Shown here one piece after another: positions 1-9,030 of a stretch of 64,000 nucleotides of DNA. The notes beneath the pieces were generated by a model. The model saw only the letters and a program-made list of their open reading frames with translations, did not search any database and was not told the DNA's origin. Source of the DNA: Coriobacteriia bacterium (GTDB lineage Bacteria > Actinomycetota > Coriobacteriia > Anaerosomatales > Kmv31); assembly GCA_014859305.1 (NCBI GenBank), contig JACUUM010000001.1, forward strand, positions 25,409 to 89,408, read 5' to 3'. Numbering within the stretch: the stretch's first letter is position 1; the number at the start of each line of letters is the position of its first letter. The position numbers and the translations under genes were made by a program.

Positions 1-130
1 GGCCGGACAGGCCCGTGGGGGCGAGCAACGGCTCCATCGCCGTCTCCAGCGCGGCGAAGTACCGCGCGAGGAACGCGTCCAGGTCGATGTCGAGCAGGGT
101 GCCGTCCAGGTCGAACAGTATGCCTCGCAT
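1..130 (-). CDS. HAD-superfamily hydrolase, N-terminal fragment (gene continues left of window)
   Basis: Reverse-strand translation from the ATG (complement of 128-130) reads MRGILFDLDGTLLDIDLDAFLARYF..., which carries HAD motif I (DxDGT). It is absent from the ORF track because it is truncated by the window edge. Confidence 0.6.
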   Translation of the reverse strand, partial: MRGILFDLDGTLLDIDLDAFLARYFAALETAMEPLLAPTGLSG

Positions 131-245
131 CTCGTCCTTCCCTCGGGGCTCCGTCGAAGATGGTAGCACTGCGGGCCCGGTGGCCGCGTCGCGAGTGGCC
201 GCCTTCCGAGCGGCCCGGCGCATGAACGGCGGGTCCGTGGTGGAC

Positions 246-306
246 TTGACGACGAATACCCCGGCCAGTATCTTGACCGGAGAGATAAGGATACCCATTG
301 GGGTAT
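246..306 (+). promoter_or_regulatory. Candidate sigma70-type promoter plus downstream palindrome (possible operator) for the FAD/Fe-S oxidoreductase gene
   Basis: TTGACG (246-251), 17 nt spacer, TATCTT (269-274). This is followed by a perfect inverted repeat ATACCC-N4-GGGTAT (291-306). The site lies in the divergent gap between the HAD gene and the next CDS. Confidence 0.3.
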
Positions 307-372
307 GGTGTGCGACCTCGGGCGGACCGGACGCCGGAAGCGGTGTGCGGAGCCGGCCCGGCCGGAGGAGGG

Positions 373-3300
373 ATGGACCCGATGGCAGCGCTGTCAGGAC
401 GAGCACGATCGGCACTGGATGCCGCGTTCGGAGAGCGTCTCCGCTCAGACCGGGTGGAACGCAAGATGTACTCCTCGGACATCGGGGCGCTTCCCGGGCT
501 CGTGAAGCCGTTCGTGCCCGCGGGTCTCGCGGGTGCCGTGGTGCGGCCGCGTCATGAGGCCGATGTCGTCGAGCTGTTGCGCCTGGCCTCGCGGGAGCGG
601 TTCGCCGTGGTGCCTCGGGGCATGTCCACGTCGGGCTACGGGGGCGCGTTGCCTCCGGCCGGCGCAGTGGTGGCGGACATGTCGGGGATGGACGAGGTGC
701 TCGAGGTCGATCGCGGCGCGCTTCGCGCCCGGGTCCAGCCCGGTGTGATCTGGGAGCGGCTCGAGCGGGGGTTGCGCGAGCACGGCCTGGCCCCGCGTCT
801 CTATCCGTCCTCGGCGCCGTCGTCGACGGTGGCCGGCTGGCTCGCGCAGGGCGGTTCAGGCTTCGGCTCCTTCGGGTACGGGTGGTTCAAGGACAACGTG
901 CTCTCCGCGCGAGTCGTCCTGCCCTCCGGCGACGTGCGCGAGTTCGCCGGCGACGACCTGCGCGCCTTCGTCGCCGACGCCGAGGGCGTCACGGGGATCG
1001 TCGTCGAGGTCACGATCGCGCTGCGCCCCATGGAGGACGAGGTGCACCGCCTCTTCGCCCTGCCGGATCACGAGGCCCTGCAGGTGGCGCTGGAGCGGGT
1101 CTCGACCGAGGCGCTGCCGCTATGGTCGGTCAGCTTCCTCAATCCCGAGTCCGTCCGGCTGAAGAAGCGCCTGCCGCATCGGCACGGGCATCCCTACGAG
1201 GAGGCGCACGAGCGCTACGAGCCCGACCTGCCCGAGGAGTACCTCCTCGTCGTGGCGTACCCGGCGCCGAGAGGCGACGCGGTCGACTCGGGGCTCTCGG
1301 CCGCAGTCGCCGCCGCCGGCGGACGGGAGCTCGACGAGCGCGCGGCGGAGCACGAGTGGGAGCAGCGGTTCGCTCCCATGCGCCTGAAGCGCATCGGCCC
1401 CTCGATCGTGCCGACCGAGGTCGTCGTCCCGCTGGCGGAGCTCTCGGCCGTCCTCGGCGAGATCGGCGAGAGGATCGGGCAGCCCTTCGTGCTCGAAGGC
1501 ATGCACGGTGCCGGCGACGCGGTCACCCTGCTCGGCTTCATCCCGCATGACGAGCGTTCCTTCGCGTTCAATCTCGCCTTCGCACTGTCGCTGTCGGTCA
1601 TCGCGATCGCCCGGCGCCACGGCGGACGCGCGTATTCGACGGGGCTGTACTTCCGGCGCGAGGCGCGGCGCGTGCTCGGTGCGGAGCGGCTGGAGGCGTT
1701 GCGCGCCTTCAAGGGTGACGTCGACCCGCGCGGACTGATGAATCCCGGCAAGGTCCTCGGCACAGGAGCCGTCGACGCGCTCATGGGCGCGGCGAGCGCC
1801 CTCGAGCCGATGGTCCGGAGGGTAGCCAACGCGGCGAGGCCGCCGCGTCACCCCGAGCCGGCCGACGTGCGCGGCGTCCCCGCCGACGTCGCGCTCATGT
1901 CCTACGCCTGCGCGCGATGCGGGTACTGCGTGCCGACCTGCGAGCAGTTCAGCGGCCGCGGGTGGGAGAGTCACTCCCCGCGCGGCAAGTACGCCTACCT
2001 GCGCGAGGTGATGGCGGGCCGTGAGAAGTGGGACCGCAAGGCCGTGGACACGTTCCTCGTCTGCACCACCTGTGAGGTCTGCAACACGCGCTGCCAGCTC
2101 CAGCTCCCCGTCGAGCACGACTGGATGGCGATGCGCGGCAGGCTCGTGCACGACGAGAAGCTGGGGACGTTCCCGCCGTTCGAGATGATGGCGGCGAGTC
2201 TGCGCGGCGAGCGGGACATCTGGGCCGGGAAGGCCGAGCACAGGGCGGACTGGGTGCCGGCCGACGTCGCGCCCGACCTCGCGGACTCGGGCGAGTACGT
2301 GTACTTCGCGGGCTGCACGGCGAGCTTCGTCAACACCGACGTCGCCGAGGCGAGCGTGCGGCTTCTCACCGACGCCGGCTACGACGTCGCCTACATGGGC
2401 ACCGACGAGGCGTGCTGCGGGATCCCGATGAAGGTCGCCGGGAAGTGGGACCTCTTCGAGGAGATCTACGAGCACAACGTCGGCGAGGCCAGGAAGCGGG
2501 GGGCCACGACGATCGTCACGTCGTGTCCCGCATGCGGACTGGTGTGGAAGGAGCTCTACGCAAAGCTCGCCAGGGAGCGCGGCGAGGACTACGAGTTCGA
2601 GGTGAAGCACTACTCCGAGCTGGTCGCCGACGCCCTGGCCGACGGGCGCCTCGAGCTGAAGGACCCGATCGAGGCCAGGGTGACGTTCCACGATTCGTGC
2701 CACGCGGGAAGGGCGCAGGGGCTGTACGAGCCGCCGCGTGAGATGCTCAAGGCGATCCCCGGCATCGACTACGTCGAGATGGAGCACAACCGCGAGGAGG
2801 GGCTCTGCTGCGGTTCGGTGCTGACGCTCGTCGGCGAGCCGCCCGTGGCACCCAAGCTCGGCAAGGCGCGCCTGGACGAGGCCGTCGACGCGAAGGCGGA
2901 CACGGTGGTGGCCCTGTGTCCGTGCTGCCAGGTGCAGCTTCGCGACAGCAACGTGAAGAACGACCTGGGGCTCAGGATCGACGACCTCTCGCGTATCGTC
3001 GCGCAGGCCGCCGGTTACGAGATCGAGTCCAAGAGCGACCACTCGCTCGTGATGTGGGGCTACTTCGAGAGGTTCATCGACCTCATGCAGCCGGAGAACA
3101 TGGCGGCGCTGATGGAGCGGATCTTCCCGCAGATGTCCGATGCGATGCCGCCGGGCCTGAAGCCGATGATGCGCGCGATGATCAGGCTGCCGGGTGGGCC
3201 GGCGATGATGCGGGCGATGATGCCCGTGATGTTCCCGATGCTCGCTCCGGGGATCCTCGGCGAGGTCATGCCCGACATGGTCGCGGCGGTCGAGCGGTAC

Positions 3301-3468
3301 ATCGGACCCATGCCCGAGGACATGCGGGAGCTGCTGCCGGAACTGCTGCCGGCGACGATGGAGTCGCTGATGCCCACCTATCTGCCGCAGCTGATCCCGC
3401 ACCTCGTGCCGAGGTTCGTGAAGTGCATGGAGAGCGGGCGGTGCTTCGCAGGCGCCGAGGTAGCGTAG
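373..3468 (+). CDS. Fused FAD-binding oxidase (GlcD-like) / Fe-S, CCG-domain oxidoreductase (GlcF/HdrD-like) with a Met-rich C-terminal tail
   Basis: ORF 298..3468. The internal ATG at 373 is preceded by GGAGGAG. The N-terminal half resembles FAD-linked oxidases (PRGMSTSGYGG). The middle has two ferredoxin-like Cys clusters (CARCGYCVPTCE, CTTCEVCNTRC). Two CCG-type motifs follow (FAGC...ACCG, CPCC / LCCG). The last ~130 aa are extremely Met/Pro rich. Confidence 0.85.
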   Translation: MDPMAALSGRARSALDAAFGERLRSDRVERKMYSSDIGALPGLVKPFVPAGLAGAVVRPRHEADVVELLRLASRERFAVVPRGMSTSGYGGALPPAGAVVADMSGMDEVLEVDRGALRARVQPGVIWERLERGLREHGLAPRLYPSSAPSSTVAGWLAQGGSGFGSFGYGWFKDNVLSARVVLPSGDVREFAGDDLRAFVADAEGVTGIVVEVTIALRPMEDEVHRLFALPDHEALQVALERVSTEALPLWSVSFLNPESVRLKKRLPHRHGHPYEEAHERYEPDLPEEYLLVVAYPAPRGDAVDSGLSAAVAAAGGRELDERAAEHEWEQRFAPMRLKRIGPSIVPTEVVVPLAELSAVLGEIGERIGQPFVLEGMHGAGDAVTLLGFIPHDERSFAFNLAFALSLSVIAIARRHGGRAYSTGLYFRREARRVLGAERLEALRAFKGDVDPRGLMNPGKVLGTGAVDALMGAASALEPMVRRVANAARPPRHPEPADVRGVPADVALMSYACARCGYCVPTCEQFSGRGWESHSPRGKYAYLREVMAGREKWDRKAVDTFLVCTTCEVCNTRCQLQLPVEHDWMAMRGRLVHDEKLGTFPPFEMMAASLRGERDIWAGKAEHRADWVPADVAPDLADSGEYVYFAGCTASFVNTDVAEASVRLLTDAGYDVAYMGTDEACCGIPMKVAGKWDLFEEIYEHNVGEARKRGATTIVTSCPACGLVWKELYAKLARERGEDYEFEVKHYSELVADALADGRLELKDPIEARVTFHDSCHAGRAQGLYEPPREMLKAIPGIDYVEMEHNREEGLCCGSVLTLVGEPPVAPKLGKARLDEAVDAKADTVVALCPCCQVQLRDSNVKNDLGLRIDDLSRIVAQAAGYEIESKSDHSLVMWGYFERFIDLMQPENMAALMERIFPQMSDAMPPGLKPMMRAMIRLPGGPAMMRAMMPVMFPMLAPGILGEVMPDMVAAVERYIGPMPEDMRELLPELLPATMESLMPTYLPQLIPHLVPRFVKCMESGRCFAGAEVA

Positions 3469-3566
3469 CCGCCCCCTCGGGCGCAGCCCCCGGCACGGGG
3501 CCCGGGCCCCGTTCGGCCCTCGCGGCGTACCTAAAGTCACACATCGCGTGAGCCGAGATAGAGGGC

Positions 3567-4265
3567 ATGACCACGACGGCTAGAGAGACGATCGTCCCGA
3601 AGCTGCGCTCCATCCCCATGTTCTCCGACCTTCCCGAGCGGGACCTGGAGACGCTGGCCGGGATGATGCAGTACCGCAAGCTGCCCAAGGGCGCCTTCGT
3701 CATCACTCAGAACGAGGTGGGGAACTCGATGTTCCTGCTCGTCTCGGGCCGGGTCAAGGTCTCGCTGGCCTCGCCCGACGGCAAGGAGCTCGCGCTCAAC
3801 TACCTCGAGGCGCCGGCGCACTTCGGGGAGATGAGCCTGGTCGACGCCGAGCCGCGCAGCGCGGACGTGATCGCGGTGACCGAGGTCGAGGTGCTCGGAC
3901 TGGACGGCAAGGACCTGTCGACGGCCATCCAGCTGCAACCCCGGTTGGCACTCTCGCTGATCGCCACCCTCTCGCGCCGCTTGCGGCACACCATCGCGCG
4001 CCTGGAGGACATGGCGTTCCACGACGCGACCCACCGCGTCGCCCGTGTGCTGCTCAACGTGGCGACCGCTTCCTACGAGTCGCGCGGCGTCCCGGTGATA
4101 TCCGGCCTGACGCACTACGAGATAGCCACGCTGGCGGGGACGTCCCGCGAGACCGCGAGCCGGATCATCTCCAGCTTCGCCAAGAGCGGCGTGCTGGCCA
4201 CGAAGGGCCGGCGGATCGTGGTCGATCTGCTGCGGCTCAGGGAGCGGCTCGAGTCGAGAGGCTAG
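3567..4265 (+). CDS. Crp/Fnr-family transcriptional regulator (cNMP-binding domain + C-terminal HTH)
   Basis: 232 aa. It has a cyclic-nucleotide-binding-like beta-roll (FGEMSLVD...RSADV) and an HTH (THYEIATLAGTSRETASRIIS). RBS AGAGGG lies upstream of the ATG at 3567. Confidence 0.9.
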   Translation: MTTTARETIVPKLRSIPMFSDLPERDLETLAGMMQYRKLPKGAFVITQNEVGNSMFLLVSGRVKVSLASPDGKELALNYLEAPAHFGEMSLVDAEPRSADVIAVTEVEVLGLDGKDLSTAIQLQPRLALSLIATLSRRLRHTIARLEDMAFHDATHRVARVLLNVATASYESRGVPVISGLTHYEIATLAGTSRETASRIISSFAKSGVLATKGRRIVVDLLRLRERLESRG

Positions 4266-4285
4266 CGGCCGCGGTCGTGCGTGCA

Positions 4286-4321
4286 AGAGGGCGCCGTAAC
4301 TGGAGGGAAGCGGCGCCCTCT
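4286..4321 (+). terminator. Hairpin terminator candidate after the Crp-family gene
   Basis: Perfect 11-bp stem AGAGGGCGCCG (4286-4296) / CGGCGCCCTCT (4311-4321) with a 14-nt loop. There is no clear U-tract. Confidence 0.45.
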
Positions 4322-4425
4322 CGTCGTGCGCGTCGCTCCTCCATGGGGGGACCGGGGCTCCTGTTGGAGAAGAACTCGGGAGAGGCCCGCAGCATGGCGC
4401 GGGGGATGAGGACGCTGGAGGCGAG

Positions 4426-4650
4426 ATGCGAGAGATCACGCAGGAGGAGCTCGCGACCAACGACGGGCGCGAAGGACGGCCGGCCTGGGTGGCCTACGAG
4501 GGCACGGTCTACGACGTGACGGACAGCGCGATGTGGGTGGACGGCGAGCACATGGACCACCAGGCAGGGCGCGACCTCACGGAGGAGCATGCCGAAGCGC
4601 CTCACGACGTCCTGGTGACCGACTTGCCCGCGGTCGGCAGCCTGGCCTGA
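4426..4650 (+). CDS. Small cytochrome b5-like haem/steroid-binding domain protein (COG4892-like)
   Basis: 74 aa. The pattern ITQEELATNDG..P.WVAYEGTVYDVT.S..W..GEH...H.AG.DLT matches the b5-like domain family. RBS GGAGG lies upstream. Confidence 0.65.
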   Translation: MREITQEELATNDGREGRPAWVAYEGTVYDVTDSAMWVDGEHMDHQAGRDLTEEHAEAPHDVLVTDLPAVGSLA

Positions 4651-4690
4651 ACGGCAGGCCGACGCCGACGCGCCTCAGCGCCCGGAGATG

Positions 4691-6007
4691 CTAGGCGTCC
4701 AGGACGGCGACCGCCTCCACGTGATGCGTCTGCGGGAAGAGGTCGATGGGGGTGACCGAGGCAGGGCGGTATCCCCTGGCGGCGAGCGTTGCCAAGTCTC
4801 GGGCGAGCGTGGCCGGGTCGCAGGACACGTAGACGATCCGCGACGCCCGGCTGGCGACCAGGGCTTCGAGGGCCGGCCCGCTCAGTCCCGCCCGGGGCGG
4901 GTCCACGACCGCGGCGTCGGCCTCGCCGGCGGCCCGCATCGAACGCGCGGCATCGCCGGGCACCACCTCCACGGGCAGCCGCGCGCGGTCAGCGTTGCGC
5001 CGCAGGTCCCTCACGGCGGAGCCTTCGGCCTCGAACGCGGTCACCCCGGCACCGAGGGCGGCGAACGGCAGCGTGAAGGTCCCGACGCCGGCGTAGACGT
5101 CGAACACCCGGGCGCGCACCGGTGAGGGTACCGCGTCGACGACGCGTCTCACGAGGAGCTCAGCGGCATCGGTGTTGACCTGGAAGAACGAGGGAGCCGA
5201 GACGGTGAAGGAGAACTCGGCGAGCCTCTCGGTCCAGTGGCCCTTGCCGCCGAGGACCTCCACCTTGGAGACACGCCGGCCGCGGGTGTCGCCCTTGACG
5301 AGCACGCGGACCACGCTGGTGGCCCCGACCGCGTCGGCAAGCACCTTGGCGGCCGGCGCTCGGGGGAACGCCCCCGGGGGGCCCCACAGCGACACCTCGA
5401 CCTCGCCCGTCCTCGTCGAGGCCCGAAGCGCCACCCGCGATATCCCGATGTCGCGTCCCTTCGAGAGGTAGTTCAGGGCCCCTGCGACGGCCCTGGGCGC
5501 GCCGGCGTGCTTACCCGGCAGCAGGAGGCAACGCTCGACGGGGACGAAACCGCCCTGGCGGGTGTAGCCCAGCCGGACCCTGCCTGCGGAGAGGTCGACG
5601 GCGAACTCCGCCTTGTTGCGGTACCCGTCCACGACCGGAGAAGCGACGGCTGCCTCCACCACGGAGCGATCCAGCTTGCCGACGCGCTCGAGACTGTCGG
5701 CGACCTGGGAGTGCTTGGCCGCCAGCTGACGGTCGTACGCTATGTGGCGCCACTGGCAACCGCCGCACTGGTCGTCGCGCGGGCACGTCGGGCGCACGCG
5801 GTCAGGGGAAGCCTGAAGGACCTCCTCGGCGGTCGCGCGCACGTAGGATCCGCGGTCCTCGGTTATCACCGCCCGCACGAGGTCACCGGGGCAGGTGCCG
5901 CCGATGAAGGCGACGCGCCCGTCGCCGAGACGGGCGACGCCCTCGCCCCCTGCGGCCAGGCGCTCCACGAGCAGCTCCTCGGCTCTTCGATCGTCGTGCG
6001 ACACCAT
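4691..6007 (-). CDS. 23S rRNA (uracil-C5)-methyltransferase, RlmD/RumA family (TRAM + Fe-S Cys cluster + SAM methyltransferase)
   Basis: 438 aa. It has an N-terminal TRAM-like barrel, the Cys cluster CPRDDQCGGCQWRH, the SFFQVN motif, a SAM-binding fold (VFDVYAGVGTF) and the catalytic C-terminal motif YVSCDPATLARD. Confidence 0.85.
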   Translation of the reverse strand: MVSHDDRRAEELLVERLAAGGEGVARLGDGRVAFIGGTCPGDLVRAVITEDRGSYVRATAEEVLQASPDRVRPTCPRDDQCGGCQWRHIAYDRQLAAKHSQVADSLERVGKLDRSVVEAAVASPVVDGYRNKAEFAVDLSAGRVRLGYTRQGGFVPVERCLLLPGKHAGAPRAVAGALNYLSKGRDIGISRVALRASTRTGEVEVSLWGPPGAFPRAPAAKVLADAVGATSVVRVLVKGDTRGRRVSKVEVLGGKGHWTERLAEFSFTVSAPSFFQVNTDAAELLVRRVVDAVPSPVRARVFDVYAGVGTFTLPFAALGAGVTAFEAEGSAVRDLRRNADRARLPVEVVPGDAARSMRAAGEADAAVVDPPRAGLSGPALEALVASRASRIVYVSCDPATLARDLATLAARGYRPASVTPIDLFPQTHHVEAVAVLDA

Positions 6008-6153
6008 CGGTCCCTTCCTCGAGCGCCGTGCGCACGATGATACCGGAGGGGCGGTTGGCGGTTCAGGTGGCTCGCGGGGCTGCCGATACCTAGGTAGCGG
6101 CCGTGAAGGCCGACGACCGCGGGATTCGCAGCGAGGAGGCCCGAGTGGCGGAG

Positions 6154-7818
6154 ATGAAGGTCCTCGTCGTTCACGACGACGTCGCGTTCTTCGGACGCAT
6201 CCGGGACGGCTTCGCGTCCGAGGGAGCGTCGGTGGAGGTGACCGACGCGATCTCCGGCCCAGGGGTCGTCGGGCTCGCCGCCGGCCAGTCCCCCGACGTG
6301 ATCGTCGTCGAGGCGGATCTCGTCGGCATGGACGGCTACGTACTCACCAAGCATCTCAAGGCCGAGCCGGGTACGGCGGGGATCCCCGTCATCATCCTGG
6401 CGTCCAAGCCCAGCGAGGCCTCCGCGCTGAAGGCGCGGCAGGTCGGCGCTGCGGCGCAGATGCCCCACGACGTGGACGTCCGGCTGCTGCTCGAGAAGGT
6501 GCGGTCGCTGGCAGGGACGCCTCACCCGGTTCCCGCCTCCGTGCCCGCCGCGGCGCAGGCCACCGCGGCACCGGCCGCGGCGCAGGCCACCGCGGCGCCG
6601 GCGGCGGCACCCGCGGCAGCAGCGGCACCCGCGGCGGCACCGGCTGCGTCCCCGGCGTACGGGGTGCCCCAGCCGCCTCCAGCTCCCGGAGGCAACGGCG
6701 ATGCCAGGGACGGCGCGACGGAGGCCTCCGGGCGGGCTCCCGGTTCGGAGGTCCCGCAGATCGACGATCTGTTGCGCCTCATGCTCGAGCGTGGTGGCTC
6801 GGACCTGCACATCACGGTGGGCAGCGCTCCCGGTATCCGGCTGCGTGGCGACATCGTGCCGGTGGAGACGGCCGCGCCGCTGTCGCCGAAGCAGACGCAG
6901 GAGATGATCCTGAACCTGCTGTCCGAGGAGCAGCGCCGGCGCTTCGAGACGGAGTTGGAGCTGGACTTCGCCTACAGCATCCCCGGCGTCTCGCGCTTCC
7001 GGGCGAACGTCTTCCAGCAGCGCAACTCGATGGGCGCGGTGTTCCGCGTCATCCCCATCAGGATCCCTTCGATGGAGGAGCTCGGCCTCCCGAAGGTCTG
7101 CCGGGTCCTGGCCGACAGGCCAAGGGGCCTGGTGTTGGTGACCGGACCGACGGGGTCGGGTAAGTCGACCACGCTCGCGGCCATGGTCGACCACATAAAC
7201 GACAACCGCGCGTGCCACATCGTCACTCTCGAGGACCCCATCGAGTTCATGCACAAGAACAAGATGGCCTACGTGAACCAGCGCGAGGTCGGGGAGGACA
7301 CACATTCCTTCTCCGCGGCGCTGAAACGGGTGTTGCGGCAGGACCCCGACGTCATCCTCGTCGGCGAGATGCGCGACCTCGAGACGATCTCCGCCGCGAT
7401 CACCGCGGCGGAGACGGGCCACCTGGTGCTGGCCACGCTCCACACGACCGGGGGCCCGGCGACCGTGGACCGCGTCATCGACGTCTTCCCGCCCCATCAG
7501 CAGCAGCAGGTGCGCATGCAGCTCTCCACCACGCTGGAGGGCGTGCTCTCGCAGGTGCTGCTGCGCTCGACCGACGGGCGGACCCGCGTGTTGGCCATGG
7601 AGATCATGCTCGGCATCCCCGCGATCGGCAACCTGATCCGCGAGGGCAAGACCCACCAGATGGCCACGATCATCCAAGGCGGCGCGTCACAGGGGATGCA
7701 GACGCTCGACCAGAACCTGAAGACGCTCCTGCAAGGGGGTAGAATCACCTTCGAGGAAGCTATCGGCAAGGCGATGAACCCCAAGGAGCTCGCGCAGATG
7801 ATGGGCCGCAGGATCTGA
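6154..7818 (+). CDS. pilT: Receiver-like domain fused through an Ala/Pro-rich linker to a PilT-type twitching-motility (type IV pilus retraction) ATPase
   Basis: ORF 6103..7818. I prefer the ATG at 6154 (MKVLVVHDD...). The C-terminal ~340 aa carry Walker A GPTGSGKST, Walker B ILVGEMRD, the His box GHLVLATLHT and the PilT signature AIGNLIREGK. The N-terminal ~120 aa fold like a CheY-type receiver, but key residues are not conserved (see findings). Confidence 0.85.
   Translation: MKVLVVHDDVAFFGRIRDGFASEGASVEVTDAISGPGVVGLAAGQSPDVIVVEADLVGMDGYVLTKHLKAEPGTAGIPVIILASKPSEASALKARQVGAAAQMPHDVDVRLLLEKVRSLAGTPHPVPASVPAAAQATAAPAAAQATAAPAAAPAAAAAPAAAPAASPAYGVPQPPPAPGGNGDARDGATEASGRAPGSEVPQIDDLLRLMLERGGSDLHITVGSAPGIRLRGDIVPVETAAPLSPKQTQEMILNLLSEEQRRRFETELELDFAYSIPGVSRFRANVFQQRNSMGAVFRVIPIRIPSMEELGLPKVCRVLADRPRGLVLVTGPTGSGKSTTLAAMVDHINDNRACHIVTLEDPIEFMHKNKMAYVNQREVGEDTHSFSAALKRVLRQDPDVILVGEMRDLETISAAITAAETGHLVLATLHTTGGPATVDRVIDVFPPHQQQQVRMQLSTTLEGVLSQVLLRSTDGRTRVLAMEIMLGIPAIGNLIREGKTHQMATIIQGGASQGMQTLDQNLKTLLQGGRITFEEAIGKAMNPKELAQMMGRRI
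6547..6600 (+). repeat. Tandem 27-nt coding repeat (2 copies, 1 mismatch) encoding AAAQATAAP x2 in the REC-PilT linker
   Basis: gccgcggcgcaggccaccgcggcaccg (6547-6573) is directly followed by gccgcggcgcaggccaccgcggcgccg (6574-6600). The flanks are degenerate GCN-rich Ala/Pro codons. Confidence 0.8.
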
Positions 7819-7856
7819 CGGTCGCGCGCGCCGGGGGCCCGAGAAGAGGGAGCGGC

Positions 7857-8285
7857 GTGGACACCGTCACCGTCCGGCTCGCGCGCAACCGCCAGTTCGT
7901 CGGGTGGGACGAGGCGGGTCACGCCGTCGTGATGGACGCGCGGCCCGAGCACGGGGGCGAGGCATCGGGCATGCGCCCCCTCCAGGTGTTCCTCTGCGCT
8001 CTCGCGGGCTGCACCGGCATGGACGTCGTGTCGATCCTCGGCAAGAAGCGCCAGGAGGTCACCGGCGTCGAGCTCTACGTCGAGGCCGACCAGCGCACGG
8101 ACGAGTACCCGCGGATATACACAGAGATCCGGCTGCACTTCGCCGTCACCGGCCGCGCGGTCGAGCCGAGGGCCGTCGCGAGAGCGATCGAGCTGTCCGA
8201 AGAGAAGTACTGCTCGGTCGCGGGGATGCTGGGCGCTCAGACGACGGTCAAGACTTCCTTCAGCATCGAAGGGGCCGGCTCCTGA
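7857..8285 (+). CDS. OsmC/Ohr-family (thiol peroxidase-like) protein
   Basis: 142 aa. It has the family pattern with two conserved Cys (LCALAGCTGMDV ... EKYCSVAGML). GTG start with RBS AGAGGGAG, 38 nt after the pilT stop. Confidence 0.85.
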   Translation: MDTVTVRLARNRQFVGWDEAGHAVVMDARPEHGGEASGMRPLQVFLCALAGCTGMDVVSILGKKRQEVTGVELYVEADQRTDEYPRIYTEIRLHFAVTGRAVEPRAVARAIELSEEKYCSVAGMLGAQTTVKTSFSIEGAGS

Positions 8286-8286
8286 C

Positions 8287-9030
8287 GTGACGTGGTCCCC
8301 GGCTCGCACTCGCTCGTCTCGTGCGGACCGCTCCGCCGTGCTCATGCCCGTGTACAACGAGGAGGCGACCGTCACCGCCGTCCTCGACGCCGTGCGCGCG
8401 CGCTTCGCAGGGAGGATCCTGGTGGTGGACGACGGATCGACCGACGCGACGGCGCGCATCCTGGGGGTCCGGCCCGACGTCCTCGTCGTATCGTTCGCGG
8501 CGAACCGGGGGTACGGCGCCGCGCTGCGCGCCGGCTTCGAGGCCGCCTCGGCCGAGGGGGTTGACGCGCTCGTCACGATGGACGTCGACGGGCAGCACGA
8601 ACCATCGCACATCCCGGAGTTCCTGAACGCTCTCGCGGCGGGCGACGCCGACGTCGTCTCGGGGAGCCGCTACCTGCCCGGCAGCCGCGCCACCGGCTCT
8701 TCTCCTCCCGAGCGCAGGGAGGTCAACCGCGTCGTGACGGCCGAGATCAACGCCGTGACCGAGTGGGGGATCACCGACGCCTTCTGCGGTTTCAAGGCGT
8801 ATCGGATGCGCGCGCTGGACGGGATCCGGTTCGAAGAGGAGGGCTACGCCATGCCGATGGAGCTATGGGCCAAGGCGTGGCGCGCGGGGCTGCGCGTGAA
8901 GGAGTTGCCGGTGGAGCGCATCTACTTCGACCACGACAGGTCTTTCGGGGAGGACCTGGACGACCCGGAGAAGCGCCTGCGCTACTATCTGCGGGTGTGG
9001 CGCCACGCGCTCGAAGAGGGGGAACGTTGA
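8287..9030 (+). CDS. Family-2 glycosyltransferase (DPM1 / polyprenol-phosphate glycosyltransferase-like, soluble form)
   Basis: 247 aa. Motifs: PVYNEE..., VVDDGSTD, NRGYGAALRAGF, MDVDGQH (DxD-like). It starts 1 nt after the OsmC stop, which suggests translational coupling. Confidence 0.85.
   Translation: MTWSPARTRSSRADRSAVLMPVYNEEATVTAVLDAVRARFAGRILVVDDGSTDATARILGVRPDVLVVSFAANRGYGAALRAGFEAASAEGVDALVTMDVDGQHEPSHIPEFLNALAAGDADVVSGSRYLPGSRATGSSPPERREVNRVVTAEINAVTEWGITDAFCGFKAYRMRALDGIRFEEEGYAMPMELWAKAWRAGLRVKELPVERIYFDHDRSFGEDLDDPEKRLRYYLRVWRHALEEGER

Noticed and set aside
1120-3540. 806-aa minus-strand ORF antisense to the FAD/Fe-S oxidoreductase gene, plus several shorter overlapping ORFs in 15..3706
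   Set aside because: The translation is dominated by Arg/Pro/Gly/His/Asp runs with no recognisable motifs. It is antisense to a gene with strong family motifs. Long open antisense frames are expected at about 70% GC.
6510-6760. GC-rich repetitive stretch in the pilT gene, considered as a possible CRISPR array, VNTR or non-coding repeat
   Set aside because: The repeats are in frame (Ala/Pro/Gln/Thr codons) and consist of only two 27-nt units plus degenerate GCN codons. There is no spacer/repeat alternation. This is a low-complexity protein linker.
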